A stretch of DNA of 57,908 nucleotides from a virus (lineage: Duplodnaviria > Caudoviricetes), in IMG/VR virus record IMGVR_UViG_3300023208_000397, positions 1 through 57,908 of that record. One strand, given 5' to 3'. Every line of letters starts with the position of its first letter. The first letter of the stretch is position 1. The notes beneath the pieces were generated by a model that saw nothing but the letters and a program-made list of their open reading frames with translations, had not been told where the DNA came from and ran no database searches. The translations under genes and the position numbers were made by a program. Shown here in pieces: positions 53,045 to 57,908 of this stretch.

Positions 53045-55531
53045 ATGGCGAAGAAATGGACTGAGGTCATCGCGTCGCCCGAGTATCAGGCGCTGAAGCC
53101 CGAAGACCGGGAGGCGGCGCGCGCTCAGTATTGGAACGAGGTGATCGCCCCCCAGGTGCCCAAGGACAACTTGGACGCCGTCCGCGCACAGTTCGATGCT
53201 GAGTTCGGCCCTGATGGCTCACAGCTCCCCAAGGTGGCGGCTCCAGAGCGGTCGGCGGTGCAGAGCGTTGGCCGCCAACTCGGCCTGACCGCGCGGCATG
53301 CGATTGCGGGTGTCGCGGCCATCCCGGCCATGGCCAGTGACGCGCTCACGGGCCTCTACAACACCGCGGCCGATGCAGTAGCTGGCAAGGGCAACGGCTT
53401 TCGCTTCATGCCAGCCCAGGCGGCGCTACAGGGCACGCTCTCCGCGGCCGGGCTGCCCGAGCCGGAGAACGCCCGCGAGCGCATCGTGGGCGACATGACG
53501 TCGGCGCTCTCTGGAACCGGGGCGAGCGTCAAGGCCGGCGAGGTGTTGGCGCGCGGCGCGAATTCTGTGGCCGCGGCGGTGGGGCGTGGACTGTCCCAGG
53601 GGGCCGGCGCCCAGGCTGTCGGCGCCGCCACAGGTTCGGCAGCCGCCGGCACAGTCCGGGAAGAGGGTGGTGGTGTCGGCGCCCAGATCGCTGCCGGGAT
53701 CGCCGGCGGCCTGGCGCCGTCGCTCGGCCCGACTCTCGCGCGCATGGGCGTCCGTGGGCTGCTCCGCGGCGGCGAGGAGGGCCGCAAGCGCGTCGAGGAG
53801 AACATCAAGCTCTTCCAGGAAGCTGGCGGAACCATGCCGACGCTGGGCCAGGCCACGGAGAGCCGGTCGCGTATGGCCCTGGAGTCTGGCCTGGCCAAGG
53901 CTCCCGGCGGTGCCGGCGTGATCGCCGGGTTTGCTCAGAAGCAGGCCGATGACATGCAGGCGGCGGTCCAGCGGCTGTCCGATGAGCTGGCGCCGAACGC
54001 GAGCGCGGTCAACGCTGGCGAGGCCATCAAGCGAGGCGTCGACGCCTTCAAGGCCGGCTTCAAGGCCCAGCAGGAAGAGCTCTACAACGAGCTGGGCGCG
54101 GTGCTGCCGAAGAACACGCCGATCACGGTGGATCGGACCCGAGAGGCCTTGGCCGCGATCAATGCCGACATCGACGGGGCTCCGGCCCTCTCGAAGTGGT
54201 TCAAGAATGCCCGAATCCAGGGCATTGAGCAGGCACTCCAGCAGGATCTCAAGGGCGCCGCAACCGGGGCCACGAAGATCACCGAGGCCGTTACCGGACG
54301 CGTTGCCCCGACCGGTGTCGATCTGATGGGCCAGCCGGTGTATCGCGGCCCGCAGGTCGGGGTATCGGTGCAGCCTGGAGCGACGGTCAGCCGCCCAGCC
54401 GCCACTCGCCCGGACATGATGGGGCGGCCAGTTCCTGTCGGCGGCGCCAAGGAGGTGGTGATCCCGGGCGAGCAGGTGCCGGTGCACGCTCCAGTGCGCA
54501 TGCGGCCTGATGGGATGGGTGGCCAGGTCCCCGTTGCTCCCGTGATCGGCGAGCGCACAACGATCATTCCGCAGGGCGGGACAGGCCCGTTCTCCGGTGT
54601 CGGTGTCGCAGCACGCCCGGGCGGAACACTGCCCTATGAGGCCATCAAGAAGCTGCGCACTCTGGTCGGCAACGAGATCACCGATGGTTCGCTGGTTTCC
54701 GATGTCCCGCGCAGCAAGTGGAAGGCACTCTACGCTGCGCTCAGCGAGGACCTCGGCGAGGCTGCAAAGGCGGCAGGCCCCAAGGCCGAGGAGGCCTGGG
54801 CCAAGGCCAACGACTTCACCAGCCAGCACATGACCCGCCTCGATGAGCTGTCGACCATCGTGAAGCGCGACAGCCCGGAGAAGATCTTCAACGCCGCGAT
54901 CTCAGGGACCGCTGAGGGCGACACGATCATCAAGCGGGTGATGACCGCGCTGCCGGCGGAGGAGGGGCGCGAGGTCGCGGCGGCGGTCCTTCAGCGCATG
55001 GGGCGCGCGACGCCCGGCCAGCAGAACGCCATGGGCGACGCGTTCAGTGCAGAGACTTTCCTGACAAACCTTGCCAGGCTCAGCCCCGCGGCGCGCGAAA
55101 CGCTGTTCGGCAAGGATGCAAAGGGCATCGAGAACCTGGGCAAGATGGCAGAGCTGCGGCGGGAGGGCGGGCGAGTGTTTGCCAACCCCTCCGGCACGGC
55201 CGGGGCCGGTGCACAGATGCTGGTTGGATCCAGCCTTGCCGGCGGTATCGTGGCCGCTGGCTTGGGGAACTTCGCGCCGCTTGCTGCTGCAGGCTCTGGC
55301 CTGGCTCTTTCCAACACGGCGGCCAAGGTCATGACCTCGCCACGGATCGTGCGCCTGGCGGCCACGAAGGCTCCGATCACCGAGGGCATGGGGGCGACCG
55401 CGGCGGCTACGGCCGGCCGCATCAGCACCGCCGCCGAGCTCCCGCCTGAGCAGCGCCAGGTCGGAGCCATCTATGAGACGCCCCGTGGGCGGATGCGCTG
55501 GGCCGGCAACGGCTGGGAGCCCGCACCGTGA
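53045..55531 (+). CDS. Large internal virion/DNA-transfer protein
   Basis: Gly/Ala-rich membrane-like segments; T.GQAT and NPSGT motifs. Confidence 0.7.
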   Translation: MAKKWTEVIASPEYQALKPEDREAARAQYWNEVIAPQVPKDNLDAVRAQFDAEFGPDGSQLPKVAAPERSAVQSVGRQLGLTARHAIAGVAAIPAMASDALTGLYNTAADAVAGKGNGFRFMPAQAALQGTLSAAGLPEPENARERIVGDMTSALSGTGASVKAGEVLARGANSVAAAVGRGLSQGAGAQAVGAATGSAAAGTVREEGGGVGAQIAAGIAGGLAPSLGPTLARMGVRGLLRGGEEGRKRVEENIKLFQEAGGTMPTLGQATESRSRMALESGLAKAPGGAGVIAGFAQKQADDMQAAVQRLSDELAPNASAVNAGEAIKRGVDAFKAGFKAQQEELYNELGAVLPKNTPITVDRTREALAAINADIDGAPALSKWFKNARIQGIEQALQQDLKGAATGATKITEAVTGRVAPTGVDLMGQPVYRGPQVGVSVQPGATVSRPAATRPDMMGRPVPVGGAKEVVIPGEQVPVHAPVRMRPDGMGGQVPVAPVIGERTTIIPQGGTGPFSGVGVAARPGGTLPYEAIKKLRTLVGNEITDGSLVSDVPRSKWKALYAALSEDLGEAAKAAGPKAEEAWAKANDFTSQHMTRLDELSTIVKRDSPEKIFNAAISGTAEGDTIIKRVMTALPAEEGREVAAAVLQRMGRATPGQQNAMGDAFSAETFLTNLARLSPAARETLFGKDAKGIENLGKMAELRREGGRVFANPSGTAGAGAQMLVGSSLAGGIVAAGLGNFAPLAAAGSGLALSNTAAKVMTSPRIVRLAATKAPITEGMGATAAATAGRISTAAELPPEQRQVGAIYETPRGRMRWAGNGWEPAP

Positions 55532-56946
55532 GCGCATTGCTGGATGACAGCGCGGTGTTCTCAGGAGCGCCGAGCGACCTCGGTGTGCCCAGCATGCTCA
55601 CCGATGCTGATGTCTTTGCGGGGCCGCCGCTCGGGGAGCAGTCTGCCCAGGGTGGACCGGCTTGGTTCACTACGCCAGACGGCGAACAGCTGGCCGGCCA
55701 GTACGCTCTCGTGGACGCCTCCAAGGTCTTCGCCTCCCATGATGCCGACCTGAGAGAGCAGCCTGATCACCAGGCGGTGATTGCTCCGGCAGCGCGACCA
55801 CGAGCGGAACATGAGGCGCAGGTTCAGGCCATCGTCCGGGACTTCGACCCGGCGCTGGTGGGAGCCTCTGGCGACGTGGACACGGGAGCGCCGGTCATCG
55901 GCGAGGATGGCCTGGTCGAGGCCGGAAACTCGCGCGCCGTGGCCCTGCAGCGCGTCTATCGCGCCGACGGCCAGAAGGCTGAGGACTACCGCCAGTTCCT
56001 GCGCGACCACGCCGGCGAGTTCGGGCTGGCGCCCGCGCAGGTGGACTCCATGCCAAAGCCGGTGCTGGTGCGAGTTCGCACCTCTCCTGCGGACCGTTCA
56101 ACGGTCGGCCGCCGTGCCGAAGACTTCGACCTGGGCCCATCGATTGATGGCGCATGGCGCGAGCTGCAGCAGGCCCTTGCGGCCGATGGAGGCGTGGACA
56201 TCGTTGAAGCCGACGGTCTTAGCGATGAGACCGTCGAGATCCTGGACTTCCTGGCCAAGAACCCGGACGCGCCGCAGTTGCTCCACAAGGCGCTGTCCCC
56301 AACCGGAGATGAAGATGGCACAGCCGAAGGCTCTGACGCTCGCGGGCAAGCCGCTGCAGGAGACTGGATTCCTGATCAAGCGGCTGGAGGCGAATCCTCA
56401 GCTTCGCCGAGCCCTGGTCCAGCTGGTGCGGGCGATGAAGCCGCGGCAGAGATAAAGGCTAAGCTTCCAGATGGGTGGGAGGAATTCGCGCCAGAGTCGG
56501 GCACGCTAGGCATCCCCCGGGCTGAGATGCCGCAGGTCCGTGCAGAGCACCGCGGCGCCATGGTCAACTTCCTGAATGCGCGCGGCGTGTCGCACCAGAG
56601 CGACGCAGAGGTGGATGCGTCCGACCTGAAGCCGACGCAGCGCGAATTCTCGGCCGCGAAGGTGGCGGAGGCCGCAGTACGGGAGGCCGGAGATCGATCA
56701 ATCCTGGTCTCGGCTGATGGCCATGTACTGGATGGGCACCACCAGTGGCTGGCGGCGCGTGACGCGGGCAAGCCGATCAAGGTGATCGTGCTGGATGCAC
56801 CGATTCGGGAACTGGTTCAGTTGGTGAAGGCGTTCCCCAGCTCTGAATTTGCCCAGGACTCAGAAGAGCGGGCGAAGGAGGTAATGCCAGGCCGTGTAGA
56901 CGAGCGAGCCCACGAAAATAACCAGCAGGGCGCCGACAACCGATAG
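55528..56946 (+). CDS. Protein with a DdrB-like ParB domain and a second ParB/Srx-like domain
   Basis: GAPVIG.DG.VE.GNSR..AL and PVLVR; DLKPTQ.EFS and ILVS.DGHVLDGHHQW.A. Confidence 0.75.
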   Translation: MSALLDDSAVFSGAPSDLGVPSMLTDADVFAGPPLGEQSAQGGPAWFTTPDGEQLAGQYALVDASKVFASHDADLREQPDHQAVIAPAARPRAEHEAQVQAIVRDFDPALVGASGDVDTGAPVIGEDGLVEAGNSRAVALQRVYRADGQKAEDYRQFLRDHAGEFGLAPAQVDSMPKPVLVRVRTSPADRSTVGRRAEDFDLGPSIDGAWRELQQALAADGGVDIVEADGLSDETVEILDFLAKNPDAPQLLHKALSPTGDEDGTAEGSDARGQAAAGDWIPDQAAGGESSASPSPGPAGAGDEAAAEIKAKLPDGWEEFAPESGTLGIPRAEMPQVRAEHRGAMVNFLNARGVSHQSDAEVDASDLKPTQREFSAAKVAEAAVREAGDRSILVSADGHVLDGHHQWLAARDAGKPIKVIVLDAPIRELVQLVKAFPSSEFAQDSEERAKEVMPGRVDERAHENNQQGADNR

Positions 56947-57705
56947 CTGGCGCATGGCGTGGTTGTCCTCCCTGCGCTGCGCGCGCCGATCCTCGGCCGC
57001 GAGCAGCTCTTTGCTGGCCTCCCACGACATGGGCGGCCGGTGCGGATCAAGAGGGGTTGGCTTTGGCGGTGGCACGGTGCCAGCATACCAGTGCATCAGC
57101 CTGGCCGGCAGCCCGAAGAATCTCCCTCCGAATCGGAGATAGCGCTCCGCGGCCAGGATGGTCCCCTCCAACTGTGGCCGCGTGACAGGCCTGTCCAGGA
57201 GCAGCACCTCGCGCGCGACGTGGCCGGCCAGGGCCACCGCCTGCTTCTGCAGGGGCCGCTCAACGACCAGACGTCCGGTCACCGGGTCCATGACATGCTC
57301 AGCGAGTGACGCCGACACCTCGTCGGCTACGGCCAGGGCCGGCAGATCGCAGCGGCCTGATTCACCCACGTAGACCCGCTCGACGCGTTCACGCGCAGCC
57401 CGGATGCCGGGATCGCGCCGGGCGCCAGTGAGCACGTCGGTCATGAACGACCGCCAGGAGCCGCCCAGGGCGCCCCGCAGCCCATGGTGGCCTATCGCCT
57501 CATGGGCCAGCACCTTCGCCGCCCGTTCGGGCGACAGGGCATCCTCAACCAGCAGCACCCGGCCGCGGTGGTAGGCGCCCTCGGCGTCTGCTGGGGCCTC
57601 AAAGGGGAGGGCGTCCACGCTCGGAACGACCTCGATGGGAGGGGCACCGCGCCAGCGGGCCGAGATCCGGTCGATGGCCTGGCCGACCCTGGTCCGCGCG
57701 CTCAC
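56860..57705 (-). CDS. Zincin-like metallopeptidase domain protein with a C-terminal TM helix
   Basis: EGAY..G.V.LV, VLAHEAIGHHGLR and ADEV.A.LAE motifs. Confidence 0.7.
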   Translation of the reverse strand: MSARTRVGQAIDRISARWRGAPPIEVVPSVDALPFEAPADAEGAYHRGRVLLVEDALSPERAAKVLAHEAIGHHGLRGALGGSWRSFMTDVLTGARRDPGIRAARERVERVYVGESGRCDLPALAVADEVSASLAEHVMDPVTGRLVVERPLQKQAVALAGHVAREVLLLDRPVTRPQLEGTILAAERYLRFGGRFFGLPARLMHWYAGTVPPPKPTPLDPHRPPMSWEASKELLAAEDRRAQRREDNHAMRQLSVVGALLVIFVGSLVYTAWHYLLRPLF

Positions 57706-57908
57706 GGCTTCGGCTCCCGCGCGCGGTCAATGGCCTGCTCCAGCCACTCGCGGCCCAGGCGGCGCAGCTTGGCGCGCCGCTCGGTGCCGGCGACGCGAAT
57801 GCTGATCACCTCGCCCTTTTCTTCCGCGGACAACCTTGGCCTGATGGAACCCTTGGTGCGGCCTCGCCGCTTCGGTGCGTCGACTTTGACGCTCGATTCA
57901 TCGCTCAC
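57702..57908 (-). CDS. Small DNA-binding-like hypothetical protein
   Basis: Basic; ISIRV....R.KL..LG..WL...ID. Confidence 0.55.
   Translation of the reverse strand: MSDESSVKVDAPKRRGRTKGSIRPRLSAEEKGEVISIRVAGTERRAKLRRLGREWLEQAIDRAREPKP

Larger units (their letters stand above)
1..57908. mobile_element. Temperate phage/prophage (podovirus-like, N4-gp56-family capsid, lambda-like immunity region)
   Basis: Continuous phage gene order: early/recombination, cI/cro, replication, terminase, portal, capsid, tail, lysis, ejection. No host housekeeping genes or att sites seen. Confidence 0.95.

Noticed and set aside
1-57908. att sites, terminal repeats, tRNA or rRNA genes
   Set aside because: None recognised. 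The window starts and ends exactly at ORF boundaries, so it looks trimmed, and the true integrase and att sites may lie outside it.

Overview
The whole window reads as one GC-rich temperate phage or prophage with a short-tailed (podovirus-type) virion module; a Burkholderiales-like host is my inference from protein families and composition. The left arm (1-11431, minus strand) carries early accessory and recombination genes: DUF1643, an Arr-like ADP-ribosyltransferase, RdgC, a DnaQ exonuclease, an SMC-like ATPase, a RecT-like annealase and a Cas4-like nuclease. The lambda-like immunity region (11465-15278) has five 17-bp operators, cI and cro, with cargo between OL and cI (secreted protein, thermonuclease, two convergent LuxR-family genes and an unannotated 21-aa ORF behind a lux-box-like promoter). 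Next come a frameshifted SNF2-helicase/methylase, a C5 methylase, replication genes, terminases, portal, spanins, scaffold, an N4-gp56-type capsid, tail, holin/endolysin, ejection proteins and polyvalent-protein-like domains. There are three main candidates for novelty. (1) A lower-GC cassette between the portal and a tyrosine recombinase is bounded by inverted CAGGGG(C/A)TGGGA sites, one of them inside a gene at codons 36-40, suggesting recombinase-driven C-terminal domain swapping. (2) The LuxR pair with the small peptide sits next to a cI that lacks an autocleavage domain. (3) Eight copies of an oriented CGT(G/A)CCAAGGCTGGCAnnnT late-promoter motif are present. All family assignments are from motif recognition by eye; no database searches were run.
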